In this document: positions 1 through 8,580 of the stretch, one piece after another
Numbering within the stretch: position 1 is the stretch's first letter
How the letters are laid out: every line of letters begins with the position of its first letter
Assembly (NCBI GenBank): GCA_015056125.1
Contig: SVGW01000003.1
Span: 353 to 64,352, forward strand
Direction: 5' to 3'
Source: Clostridiales bacterium
GTDB lineage: Bacteria > Bacillota > Clostridia > Christensenellales > Aristaeellaceae
DNA length: 64,000 nt
Made by a program: the position numbers and the translations under genes
The notes under the pieces: model-generated
What the model saw: the letters and a program-made list of their open reading frames with translations, nothing else
Databases searched by the model: none
What the model was told of the DNA's origin: nothing

Positions 1-1399
1 CGTCCACTGCCATGGCAGAATGCAAGGCGTCGTAGGGATAAAAAGAAATTTCCCGGGAAATGGACTGGCTTTTGATCAGGAGGCTGGCGATAGGCTCGCC
101 CTGCAGGGCATAGCCTTCCGGGAGGCTGCCGGCAGGGGACAGGGCGGAAAGGGAAGTATACCAGGTGAGGAAGGATTGGGTATCCACTTTTTTTCCGCTT
201 TCTGTGCGGAGGGCTTGCACATCATAGAGCACCTGGCCGTATTCATCGGTGGCGATTTCATTATTTTCCGTGATGCTTTCCACCAATTCCACTTCATAAG
301 AGCGGCTGCCGGAGGCGTGGGAAAAGGATATATGCGTAAGATCATTCACCAGGAAATTGACGGGATTGCGCAGGAGCAGGAAATCCAGGGTCAGCTCTTT
401 CCAAAAGCCCAGCAGGAAATTGCTGGCCCTGAATACCTGATGATCCCACAGCACATATACGCCGCTTTGGCCGGTTTCGCTGCCGATGAGCAGAGTGTAG
501 ATTTTGGATGGAACTTCCACAGTAACGGTTTCGCCCGTGCTGTTTTCTCCGGTAATCAGGGTGGGGGCCTGGGTGAGGGCAATGGTCAGGGCAGGATCGG
601 CCAAGCCGTAATCAGCAAGATTCAAATCCTCTTTTCGTCCCAGGCAGGCCTCAAAGGCCATAAATTCGATGCTGGAAAGCAGGCTATTGGTTTTCCCGGT
701 ATCCAGAGGGTAGGAAAAGGGTATATCCAGCAGCCAGCCACTGCTTGTGTAATGCAGACCAAGGGTCGTATCTCCGGAAAGGTCAATCCGGTTCAGCAGG
801 GAAGCATCCAATTCCGGCTGTTCAAAGGCGCGCAGATAGGCGGCGTCCTGGAAAAAGGGCTCGCAGAACGCGGCCAGCACCATATAAACGGTAGAATCGC
901 CTGATAGCATGCAGTAATATTGGGGTTCCTCCGTGGGCGCTTCGCTGCCGATATAGAGGGCTTTTTGTTCGCCGTCTGCATAGGTGATGGTGATTTGTGC
1001 CTTCGCAGGGGATAAGCCAAAGTGAGATAAATCGGCGATTTCGTTATCCGTATTCAGAATAGCGTCTTCTGCTTCCAGATGGGATAAGGCCTTGAGCATT
1101 TCCTCCACCACGTCGCTGCGAAGAGGGGTATCCTCCTGGCCAAGAAGGGTGAAATTTCCGTCTGTCCCCCGGATCAGGGGATAATTGATACCGTCAGGGG
1201 ATGAAATGGCCAATGCGGTGATTTCATCCCTGGCCGCATCCAGCAGGATAATATCGGGCAGCAGCGTGGGCTCGGGCAGTACCGGGCGGCTAAAGAAATA
1301 GGCCCCTGCGCCTCCTAAAGCGGCCAGCAGCAGGAGAAGGGAAAACAAGACGCCTTTCCCCAGGCCTTTTTTCGCTTTTTTCTTGCTTACTTTTTCCAT
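1..1399 (-). CDS. DUF4340-like membrane-anchored protein; the C-terminal part runs off the left edge
   Basis: I translated the minus strand from the ATG at 1397-1399 (MEKVSKKKAKKGLGKGVLFSLLLLLAALGGAGAYFF...), giving a basic N-terminus plus one TM helix. I checked every in-frame codon down to position 2 and found no stop, which explains its absence from the ORF track. The start lies 2 nt after the stop of the GldG-like gene. A DUF4340 gene downstream of ABC-2/GldG is a common arrangement. Confidence 0.6.
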   Translation of the reverse strand, partial: MEKVSKKKAKKGLGKGVLFSLLLLLAALGGAGAYFFSRPVLPEPTLLPDIILLDAARDEITALAISSPDGINYPLIRGTDGNFTLLGQEDTPLRSDVVEEMLKALSHLEAEDAILNTDNEIADLSHFGLSPAKAQITITYADGEQKALYIGSEAPTEEPQYYCMLSGDSTVYMVLAAFCEPFFQDAAYLRAFEQPELDASLLNRIDLSGDTTLGLHYTSSGWLLDIPFSYPLDTGKTNSLLSSIEFMAFEACLGRKEDLNLADYGLADPALTIALTQAPTLITGENSTGETVTVEVPSKIYTLLIGSETGQSGVYVLWDHQVFRASNFLLGFWKELTLDFLLLRNPVNFLVNDLTHISFSHASGSRSYEVELVESITENNEIATDEYGQVLYDVQALRTESGKKVDTQSFLTWYTSLSALSPAGSLPEGYALQGEPIASLLIKSQSISREISFYPYDALHSAMAVD

Positions 1400-1400
1400 A

Positions 1401-2876
1401 TCACAAATTTCTTCTGGGCCCAAGCACCAGCACGGCTCCCAAGGCCACCAGCAGGGGAAGGGCCACGATTACAATATAGGCAGGGGCCAGATTGCCCAGG
1501 GTAAGGCTTTCCCGCAGCGCATTTTTAGGCAGAATATCCAGGTTCACCGGGTCTTTCCCCTGGAGAGAACGGATTATTTGCAAAAGGAAGGGTACGGATG
1601 CGGTGTTATTTTGCACCCAGTAATCTTCAAACACCGTCATATTTCCAATGGCAAAAGCCTTGGAAACGGTGCCATCTTCAAACATTTTTTCGGCCCACAG
1701 TGCCAGGGGGAATACCCCTTCCAAATCCCCCTCCTGCTTTTCGGAAAGGCTTACGCCATCCATATAATTGCGGATATAGGCCTGGCCGGTGAGCAGCACG
1801 GGATAGAGGGAAAGATCGGATGAAATTTCATTAGGCACCTGGAACGCCCGGGCGCCGCCAAGGAGCAAAATATCCTGGCCGGATTGAATCAGGGGCAGGG
1901 TGGGGGTGGTTTCCTGCATGTAGGGCATCAGATAGATGGGAGAATCGGAATAATAGCTGGCGCTGTCGCTTTCTTTGGCAATGACCAGGCCTTGATGGCC
2001 TTGGATACCGTACATACGCAGAAGCGCATTATAGTTTTCCAGGGTCAGGGGATCGGAATATTGGGATACAAAGAAGAAATCTCCGCCCGCCTGGGCAAAT
2101 TGGAGCAGAGTATCCAATTCACTGTCGCTCAGATCATACTGGGGAGAAAGCACCAGCAGGGGGCTTTGCGGATTCAGAGCATCGGCGGATTGAAGATTCA
2201 CCCGCTTTACCATATAATTGGCCGATGCCAGCACGCTTTCAGTGTTGGCGGTGTCTGCTTCGTTGAGCTCCCCGTGGCCGGAAAGGATTTGCAGAGTGGG
2301 CAATTCATCCTGGGATACGTAAAGGATGGCCTCCGTGATGCTTTTTTCATAGGTGTAGCCCGCTTCGTCAAAATAGCCTGTTTCGGTGTTATAAGAGTAG
2401 GTGTAGTAATCATCCTCATCCAGCACCCGGGCACGGCCCATTTCAGGGCAGGAAACGATCAGGCAATCAGAGGAAACCGCATTTTCGCCCAACGCATCGG
2501 AAAATTGGGTGAGGAGCACCGGGTTTTTTACGATGCTTTCCTTGGACACGGTAACAAATGAAGAGGAAGCGGCATAGCGATTAAGCAGAGCGGTGAGGGT
2601 AACATTTTCACCGGTATCCTCGGGAATGATGGCATAGATGTGCACATTTTTGTTAAGCTGATTCAGCACTGCGTTGGTGATTTCTCCCTGGGTGGTGGCG
2701 CCGTTAAAGGAGCAATCCAGCCGAAGGGCAAAGCGGCTTTCCAATTGATCGGCCAGAACGGAAAACAGCAGCACGCAAATAACCGTGGCTACGGTGATCA
2801 GCACGGAAAAGCCGCCGCAGCGGAATTTTTTATTGTTTTTAAGGGCATATAAGCCCTGCTTCCAGCGTTTCATCAT
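1401..2876 (-). CDS. GldG-like auxiliary component of an ABC-2 transporter (ABC_transp_aux-like)
   Basis: The ORF is 491 aa. N- and C-terminal TM helices flank a large extracytoplasmic domain, and the gene is tightly packed after the ABC-2 permease and ATPase. Confidence 0.7.
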   Translation of the reverse strand: MMKRWKQGLYALKNNKKFRCGGFSVLITVATVICVLLFSVLADQLESRFALRLDCSFNGATTQGEITNAVLNQLNKNVHIYAIIPEDTGENVTLTALLNRYAASSSFVTVSKESIVKNPVLLTQFSDALGENAVSSDCLIVSCPEMGRARVLDEDDYYTYSYNTETGYFDEAGYTYEKSITEAILYVSQDELPTLQILSGHGELNEADTANTESVLASANYMVKRVNLQSADALNPQSPLLVLSPQYDLSDSELDTLLQFAQAGGDFFFVSQYSDPLTLENYNALLRMYGIQGHQGLVIAKESDSASYYSDSPIYLMPYMQETTPTLPLIQSGQDILLLGGARAFQVPNEISSDLSLYPVLLTGQAYIRNYMDGVSLSEKQEGDLEGVFPLALWAEKMFEDGTVSKAFAIGNMTVFEDYWVQNNTASVPFLLQIIRSLQGKDPVNLDILPKNALRESLTLGNLAPAYIVIVALPLLVALGAVLVLGPRRNL

Positions 2877-2880
2877 GGCG

Positions 2881-3591
2881 TCAGGCCTCGCTCCAGCGCC
2901 GGGCGTCCAGCACCCGCACGCTTAAAAACAGCATAATGAAAATAAACAGCAAATTAAACAGCACATTGGAAAAGCTCAGCTGCCCTTGGGCGAAGGGAAC
3001 GAAGCGCTGATAGAGACTGAAAAATTCCAGGGCGCTGCTGAAAAATTCCACAGACACGGCGGCAGCTACCACGTCGGAGAGCCATACCGAAAGATTCACG
3101 CCAATGCCCAGCACCACGGCGGTCATCTGATTTTGCGCAAAGCAGGAAATGAATAAATCCAGCGCCAGGAAGGAGCAGCCCTGTAAAATCAGCCCCAGAT
3201 ATCCAACCATCGTTTCTTCAAGATACAGCGTGCCAAAGATGGCCACGATGAGCGGATAAATCAGGGAAGCACCCACCGTGCACAAAAGCACCGTGCAGGC
3301 GGCAAAATATTTTCCTGCTATCAGCGCGCTTAAAGAGCAGGGAGAGGAAAAAAGCAATTGATCAGTGCGCTGCCGTTTTTCTCCTGCAATGAGGCGCATG
3401 GTAAGCAAGGGGGAGAGCAGCATCCATAGATAGCTCAGCTGGGCAACCAGCGTGAGCAAATTGCCGGAACGGGTTTCCAGATTGCCGATACCAAAGAAGA
3501 TGCTGGCCAAGGTAAGAAACACGCCCATGAATACATAGGCAGCGGGGGTATAGAAAAAGCTTTGTATTTCCCGCCGATAAATGGCGCGCAT
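2881..3591 (-). CDS. ABC-2 type transporter permease
   Basis: The ORF is 236 aa and polytopic (about 6 TM). It lies 19 nt downstream of the ATPase gene and 4 nt upstream of the GldG-like gene. Confidence 0.75.
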   Translation of the reverse strand: MRAIYRREIQSFFYTPAAYVFMGVFLTLASIFFGIGNLETRSGNLLTLVAQLSYLWMLLSPLLTMRLIAGEKRQRTDQLLFSSPCSLSALIAGKYFAACTVLLCTVGASLIYPLIVAIFGTLYLEETMVGYLGLILQGCSFLALDLFISCFAQNQMTAVVLGIGVNLSVWLSDVVAAAVSVEFFSSALEFFSLYQRFVPFAQGQLSFSNVLFNLLFIFIMLFLSVRVLDARRWSEA

Positions 3592-3610
3592 AAAAGAATC
3601 TCCTTTCCAA

Positions 3611-4537
3611 TCAGGGCGTGCCGGTGGCCCGAAGGAAAATTTCCTCCAGGCTGTCCTCCAGGGGAGAGAGGCGAAGCAGGGGATACTGCAGCCCCGAAAG
3701 CAGGGTGAATAGCTCTCTTTCCGCCGGGGCGTTTCCGTTCACTGTCAATACCACCTGAGTAAGCCCGGGTTCGCCTCCCCGCTCCACTTCCACCCGGCTC
3801 ACGCTTTTTAAAGTGCGAAGCGCGGGAAGCAGCGGCCCTTCTCCGCAGGCGATCACTGCCCGAAGCTTCCTTTCTCCTTCATGCAGGGCGTTCATGGCGC
3901 TGTCGCAGATGATTTTTCCGTGGTGCAAAATGATGATCCTGTCGCACAGGGATTGCACCTCGCTGAGAATATGGGAGGAAAAGAGCACGGTGTGTTCCCC
4001 GGCCAGGGATTTTACCAGAGCACGGATTTCGCTGGTTTGCCGGGGATCCAGCCCTACGGTAGGCTCATCCAGGATGATCACCTCGGGGCTGCCGCACAGG
4101 GCCTGGGCAAAGCCCACCCGCTGGCGATAGCCCTTGGAGAGATTGCCGATTTTTCGGGGGAGCACATCCAATATGCCGGTGCGAGCAGCGATTTTTTCAA
4201 TATGGGGGCCAATGGCGCCCTTTTCCACTTCCTTCAATTCGCAGGTGAATTGGAGATAGGATCGCACGGTCATTTCATCATACAAAGGCGCTTGCTCCGG
4301 CAGATAGCCGATGAGCCGCTTGGCTTCCCGGGGATTCATCATCACATCAAAGCCGCCAATGGATACGGAGCCGGAGGAAGGGGCAAGGCAGCCGGTTAAA
4401 ATATTCATGGCGGTGGATTTGCCGGCACCATTTTGCCCAAGAAGCCCCAAAACCTGCCCTTGGGGCACGGTGAAACTGATATCGCTCAGCGCCTGATGGG
4501 CACCGTAACGCTTGGAAACCTGATCAAAGCAGATCAT
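3611..4537 (-). CDS. ABC transporter ATP-binding protein
   Basis: It carries Walker A GQNGAGKST, signature LSKGYRQR and Walker B IILDEPT. I moved the start from 4630 to the ATG at 4535-4537 (MICFDQVSKRYG), which is preceded by GGAAAGGAG. The longer ORF would read into the repeat array. Confidence 0.9.
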   Translation of the reverse strand: MICFDQVSKRYGAHQALSDISFTVPQGQVLGLLGQNGAGKSTAMNILTGCLAPSSGSVSIGGFDVMMNPREAKRLIGYLPEQAPLYDEMTVRSYLQFTCELKEVEKGAIGPHIEKIAARTGILDVLPRKIGNLSKGYRQRVGFAQALCGSPEVIILDEPTVGLDPRQTSEIRALVKSLAGEHTVLFSSHILSEVQSLCDRIIILHHGKIICDSAMNALHEGERKLRAVIACGEGPLLPALRTLKSVSRVEVERGGEPGLTQVVLTVNGNAPAERELFTLLSGLQYPLLRLSPLEDSLEEIFLRATGTP

Positions 4538-4576
4538 GGCGCTGCTCCTTTCCGGTGGACTTGTCTTTTCAGAAAC

Positions 4577-4586
4577 TATTATACCA
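4577..4586 (-). promoter_or_regulatory. Candidate extended -10 (TGGTATAAT) for the ABC-2 operon
   Basis: The minus-strand reading of TATTATACCA is TGGTATAATA, about 40 nt upstream of the ATPase ATG (4537). I saw no convincing -35. Confidence 0.4.
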
Positions 4587-4825
4587 TCATGCTCGCCGCC
4601 TACCCCTTCGGGAGTCGGCGAGACGGCCAACCGCCCTTTGGGCCGGTTGCCTCATTATTATACCATGATTATCGCCGTGCGCCCATTCGGGGCCCGGCGA
4701 TCCGCGCAATTGCTTCGCAATTCGCTAATCAATATTATACCATAATGCTCGCCGCCTACCCCTTCGGGAGTCGGCGAGACGGCCAACCGCCCTTCGGGCC
4801 GGTTGCCTCATCATTATATCATACC
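4577..4825. repeat. Three-unit tandem array (units 4577-4655, 4656-4732, 4733-4811, plus a degenerate boundary to 4825); TATTATACCA decamers alternate with GC-rich double hairpins
   Basis: Units 1 and 3 are 77/79 identical. Unit 2 has the same architecture but a different sequence. Hairpin loops on the plus strand are cUUCGg/cUUUGg. The minus-strand reading of each decamer is TGGTATAATA, an extended -10. Confidence 0.85.
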
Positions 4826-4985
4826 TTACATGCATTTGCATGAACAATTTGTAAAGCTATGGCGAAAAGGGGGCCTCTTTACGGAAAGGGGAGGAATGTG
4901 CTATAATAAAACAAGCATGCTTCTTCGGAAAAAAAGCGGGGGCGCCTCCATTGCCCCGGCGGCATGCCATAAGAGGGAAAGAAAT

Positions 4986-5471
4986 ATGATGTATCGCAGT
5001 TCTCAGAAGGTTCATTTCAATGCAGCGGATACGCGGCTTCAGCGTCGGGTGCTGCTGATTACCTGCGCGGTGCTTTTAATTGCCGCCATTGTGCTGGGCG
5101 TTTTAGCGGCCTCAAGCGGCGCTTATCGCAGCCGGGCCGAAATTCAGTTCAGCCAGCGGATGCAGGGTGCAGTTTCTTCTGCGATTGAAGAAGTAAACCG
5201 CATGGCCGGGATGGTCACGTCCAATACCACGGCCAGGCTGGCCAAAGTGCGCCAGTATGTATACTATATGGAGCAGCTCAATGCAGTAAGCATGGCTCTG
5301 GCAGGGGGCGAAATGGGCCGCCTGGCTCCGGATGATGCTTTTACCGCGCTTTATAATGATCTGGATACCTTTGAATCCATTGCCCAACAGGCGACTACCT
5401 CCACCCTGGACGCCCGCACCCAACTGCTGAATCACCTAACGCTTCTTCAGGGCATTCTTGTGGGGCAGTAA
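4986..5471 (+). CDS. Hypothetical membrane-anchored protein (161 aa)
   Basis: Start MMYRSSQKV follows AGAGGGAAAG. There is one TM helix (VLLITCAVLLIAAIVLGVLAA), and a TGCTATAAT-type -10 lies near 4897-4905. I recognise no family. Confidence 0.55.
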   Translation: MMYRSSQKVHFNAADTRLQRRVLLITCAVLLIAAIVLGVLAASSGAYRSRAEIQFSQRMQGAVSSAIEEVNRMAGMVTSNTTARLAKVRQYVYYMEQLNAVSMALAGGEMGRLAPDDAFTALYNDLDTFESIAQQATTSTLDARTQLLNHLTLLQGILVGQ

Positions 5472-5913
5472 AAAGGGAAAAGAGCCATTGGAGCCAGGGC
5501 CAGGACAGATGAATTTCATCTGCCGGCAGCGAATTTGCTTCGGGCATGCCGGCCCAAAGATAAGCATCCTGATATAAAATTCCCCACCAATTGTGGCCGC
5601 CTCCTTCGCCAACGGTGATATACACGGTTGGCGCGGGGGGTATTTTTTCGTTAGGAGACCAGATACGAAGCTGCATTTTGCAATCTGTAAAGGCCTGGGC
5701 GGCTGAAAGAATCCGGGGAAGAGCGAATGGTAAATCATCCGCTCGCTCAGGAAAAAGGGGCAGCAGCCGATCTCGAAGGCTGATTTTTTCTGCCTGGGCA
5801 TAAGCAGAATCATCCCGGGCGATGATGCGGAGATACCAAATGCTTTCCTGGGCCCGGGAAGAAAGAGGGGCGGCCAATAAACATACACACAGGATAAAAC
5901 AAAAAAAGCGCAT
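5395..5913 (-). CDS. spoIIR: SpoIIR-like (stage II sporulation protein R family) secreted protein
   Basis: The start MRFFCFILCVCLLAAPLSS (signal-like) follows GAAAGGAAGG. LRIIARDDSAYAQAEKISLRDRLL and GEGGGHNWWGILY resemble the SpoIIR hallmarks (R.H.IANSD...; G.G.NWWCVLFP). The tail WLQWLFSLF resembles the SpoIIR C-terminus. Confidence 0.55.
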   Translation of the reverse strand: MRFFCFILCVCLLAAPLSSRAQESIWYLRIIARDDSAYAQAEKISLRDRLLPLFPERADDLPFALPRILSAAQAFTDCKMQLRIWSPNEKIPPAPTVYITVGEGGGHNWWGILYQDAYLWAGMPEANSLPADEIHLSWPWLQWLFSLFTAPQECPEEALGDSAVGCGRPGWR

Positions 5914-5963
5914 ATCATCCTTCCTTTCGGAAGTAGCATGCGCTTTTTTGATGGGTTTATACG

Positions 5964-6959
5964 TTAATCTTCTTGGAGCATGCACAGGCGCACCGCGCCG
6001 GGAATTTCAAGGGATGCGCCCATCTGGCCATCCATATCCATGATGGCCACGCCTCCCGCATTTTGCTGTGCCAGCAGGATGCCGCCCTCATGAAGCTGGA
6101 AATCTCGTGGGAATTTACCGGGGGTCATCAATTCTTTTTCAAAAGCAAGCAGGCCATCGGGAAGAATCTGATAAACGGCGATGCTGTCGTATCCCCGATT
6201 GGATACATACAGGCGTTTTTCATCTCGGTAAAGAGCGGCGGCGGTATTTTCCCCATCGCATCCGCCGGGTACGGTGGATAGCCGCTGGCGGCACTGCCAT
6301 TCATCCCCGATGCAATCATATACCATGATCCAGCCATCCATTTCGCCCACCAGGTAAAAGCGGTTGGGGCCGTCAAAGAGAAGATGGCGGGGGCCCACGC
6401 CTGGATGGGCGGGGATCGTTTTAGAAAGGGCGATGGCGCCATCTTCTTTACGCGCATATACCACCACCTGATCCGTGCCCAGGTTGCATACGAATAATTC
6501 CGGATAGCCCGGACGGAACACGCACTGATGGGCATGGGAACAATTCTGGCGTATCTTATTGGGACCGGTAGGCGCATCATGGGGCAATCCCTGCATCACA
6601 GGGCCAATCACGCCATTTTTAACGGGAAATACGGATACCACCCCATCGCCGTAGCTGGCGGCGTAGAGATGGCTTTCCTCCTCATCCACCATCACATGGC
6701 AGCAGGAAGCGCCGAGTGAGGGCTGATAGGAAAGAAGAGTAAGCGCTTCTTTTGTCCATTGAAAGCTGGCCACTGCGCCCTTACCATCCTTCATGCAGCT
6801 TGTGTAGAGAATGGAGGGATCGTGGGGAGATTGCATCACCCAGGTGGGATCGGTGACAGCGGAGGAAGCGCATAGCAATTGAAGCTTTCCATCCTTTGCT
6901 TCCAGAATGCCCACCCCAGGGCCGCCCATACGGGTATAGGAACCAAGGGCATACAGCAT
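5964..6959 (-). CDS. Lactonase-family 7-bladed beta-propeller protein (6-phosphogluconolactonase-like)
   Basis: The ORF is 331 aa, with repeated blade-like segments and motifs typical of the YbhE/Pgl-type lactonase family (PRH..F.P.G...YV..E....I.V). Confidence 0.65.
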   Translation of the reverse strand: MLYALGSYTRMGGPGVGILEAKDGKLQLLCASSAVTDPTWVMQSPHDPSILYTSCMKDGKGAVASFQWTKEALTLLSYQPSLGASCCHVMVDEEESHLYAASYGDGVVSVFPVKNGVIGPVMQGLPHDAPTGPNKIRQNCSHAHQCVFRPGYPELFVCNLGTDQVVVYARKEDGAIALSKTIPAHPGVGPRHLLFDGPNRFYLVGEMDGWIMVYDCIGDEWQCRQRLSTVPGGCDGENTAAALYRDEKRLYVSNRGYDSIAVYQILPDGLLAFEKELMTPGKFPRDFQLHEGGILLAQQNAGGVAIMDMDGQMGASLEIPGAVRLCMLQED

Positions 6960-6979
6960 GGCGATTTGCTCCTTTATCT

Positions 6980-8170
6980 TTAGATTACGCGCAGGAATTT
7001 TTTATTCAGCTTACCCTCCCGGCCAAGGGCAATGAGCCGCTCATACCGCTCTACCACCGTTTCCATAATCGTTTCCCAAGGGACGGGGATGGTTTCCCGG
7101 GCTTTTTGACCGATCTGGGCGCAGCGTGCAGGATCATCCAGCGCTTCCTTAAAAATCTGGCACAGATTTTCTGCATCATTTTCGCACAAAAAGCCATTCA
7201 CGCCGTGCTCAATAATTTCGGCGGCGCAGCTGCCCCGCACCATCACTGCGGGCGTGCCCATCACAGCCGATTCCCGCACCACCATGGGCGCATTGTCATA
7301 GAGGGAGGGGAAAGCAAAAAGGGTAGCTCGGCTGTAGAGGCCGTCCAGCAGCCTGTGATCGGTGATGTGTCCTGCCAAATGGGAGCAGGAAACAATATCC
7401 AAATCATAAATCTTTTGCTCAATTTCTTTCAGATCGGGTCCCTGGCCTGCCAGGATCAGGTGGAAGCGGATGCCTTGCCTGCGAAGCAACGCGCAGGCTT
7501 CCAGAACGGTAGCAATATTCTTTTTCCAGTTCATTTGCCCCACAAACAGAATCAGGGGATCATGGCCCAGGCCCCAGCGGCGATCCACTTCGCTAACGGC
7601 GCTGCTTTCTGCCGTGCGCATGGTCACGCCGTTTGGCATCACATGAATTTTGCCCTGATAACCGTATTCATGGAGCACATCCGCTGTGGCCTGGCCGACA
7701 GCCCACACCTCATCGCAGCGTTCATAATAATCCACCACGAATTTTACGCCCATCTTAGCCAGCTTTTCAGACTTGGTGAGCTTTAAAAAATCATCATAAT
7801 ATTTGGAATGAAAAGTGGCCACCAAAGGAATATCGCGCTGGGCGGCCAGGCGTAGCGCTTCGGAGCCGCAGGTAAAGGGGCTGTGGGCGTGCACAATATC
7901 CAAAGGAATCATTCGCATCCTGCTGCGGTAATGAGGATCCCAGGGGGCTTCACCGGCCTTATACTGGCGCATGGCTCCGGGAATGGTAACCGCCTGAAAA
8001 TCCACCAATTCAAAGGGATATCCTCCCCGATGGCCGGTATCGTTCATGGGGCAGATTACGGAAACCTGATGGCCCATGCGGCTGAGGGTTTCGGAATAGG
8101 CCAGGGCAACCCGGCCCACGCCATCCACCACAGGAAGAAATGTATCGGTAAATTGACCGATTCGAAGCAT
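6980..8170 (-). CDS. Glycosyltransferase family 4 (GT-B fold)
   Basis: The start MLRIGQFTDTFLPVVDGVGRV follows GGAGGTG. The N-terminus is typical of GT4, and the C-terminal half has a FPSLYDNAPMVVRESAVMGTP (EX7E-like) region. Confidence 0.8.
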   Translation of the reverse strand: MLRIGQFTDTFLPVVDGVGRVALAYSETLSRMGHQVSVICPMNDTGHRGGYPFELVDFQAVTIPGAMRQYKAGEAPWDPHYRSRMRMIPLDIVHAHSPFTCGSEALRLAAQRDIPLVATFHSKYYDDFLKLTKSEKLAKMGVKFVVDYYERCDEVWAVGQATADVLHEYGYQGKIHVMPNGVTMRTAESSAVSEVDRRWGLGHDPLILFVGQMNWKKNIATVLEACALLRRQGIRFHLILAGQGPDLKEIEQKIYDLDIVSCSHLAGHITDHRLLDGLYSRATLFAFPSLYDNAPMVVRESAVMGTPAVMVRGSCAAEIIEHGVNGFLCENDAENLCQIFKEALDDPARCAQIGQKARETIPVPWETIMETVVERYERLIALGREGKLNKKFLRVI

Positions 8171-8219
8171 CTTTTCACCTCCATCGAAATGTTTGGCAAT
8201 TGAAATAAGCAATGGGCAA

Positions 8220-8426
8220 TTATTCCTGATCACGTTGCGCTTTCATGCGCTCCTCTATGGTTTGAGGGGCGGCAGCACGCTTCATGGAAAGCACCTGTTC
8301 TTTGGTAAGGGCGGTGCCGGTACCCTGGCAGGCATAGCACCGGGCCAGGCAATCGGGGCATACGCAGGCATTATCCCGTTCGGAATGGATCATAAAAGCA
8401 TCGCAGTTGGGGCAGCTGCAGCGCAT
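8220..8426 (-). CDS. Small Cys-rich zinc-ribbon-like protein (68 aa)
   Basis: The protein begins MRCSCPNCDAF...CVCPDCLARCYACQG, giving two CxCPxC motifs plus CxxC, followed by a basic helical tail. It lies 49 nt upstream of the GT4 gene on the same strand. Confidence 0.5.
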   Translation of the reverse strand: MRCSCPNCDAFMIHSERDNACVCPDCLARCYACQGTGTALTKEQVLSMKRAAAPQTIEERMKAQRDQE

Positions 8427-8580
8427 GAAAATACACCTCTTTTTTTCTCACATCAGCATCAGTATATCACGATTTGGCAAAACTGTAAATATTCCGCATC
8501 CTTCAGCGGAATCATTTGCCTTTTTGTTCGGATTGAATTATAATGGGAAAGAAGAATTGAGACCGATCGGAGGCAGCCAA

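Noticed and set aside
3611-4630. Long 5'-extended versions of many track ORFs. Examples are 3611-4630, 4803-5471, 8407-10620, 10730-11344, 15062-16600, 19493-20659, 21284-23830, 27818-28606, 42628-44178 and 60854-62656.
   Set aside because: The extensions lack an RBS, often begin at GTG or TTG, run through promoters, terminators or repeats, and precede canonical family N-termini that do have good RBSs. The shorter starts are used in the feature table.
4577-4825. Possible CRISPR array.
   Set aside because: The repeats are only 10 nt long, the spacers 1 and 3 are near-identical to each other and highly self-complementary, there are only 3-4 units, and no cas genes occur in the window.
4433-4843. 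A 136-aa plus-strand ORF containing a duplicated peptide (YYTIMLAAYPFGSRRDGQPPFGPVAS).
   Set aside because: The duplication is simply the translation of the DNA repeat array. There is no RBS, the ORF overlaps the real ABC ATPase start, and the repeat units are hairpin-forming, non-coding-like sequence.
5436-5939. An alternative 167-aa frame overlapping the SpoIIR-like gene.
   Set aside because: It occupies the same locus in a different frame, with no motifs and no RBS. The 5395-5913 frame carries the SpoIIR-like signal peptide and NWW motif.
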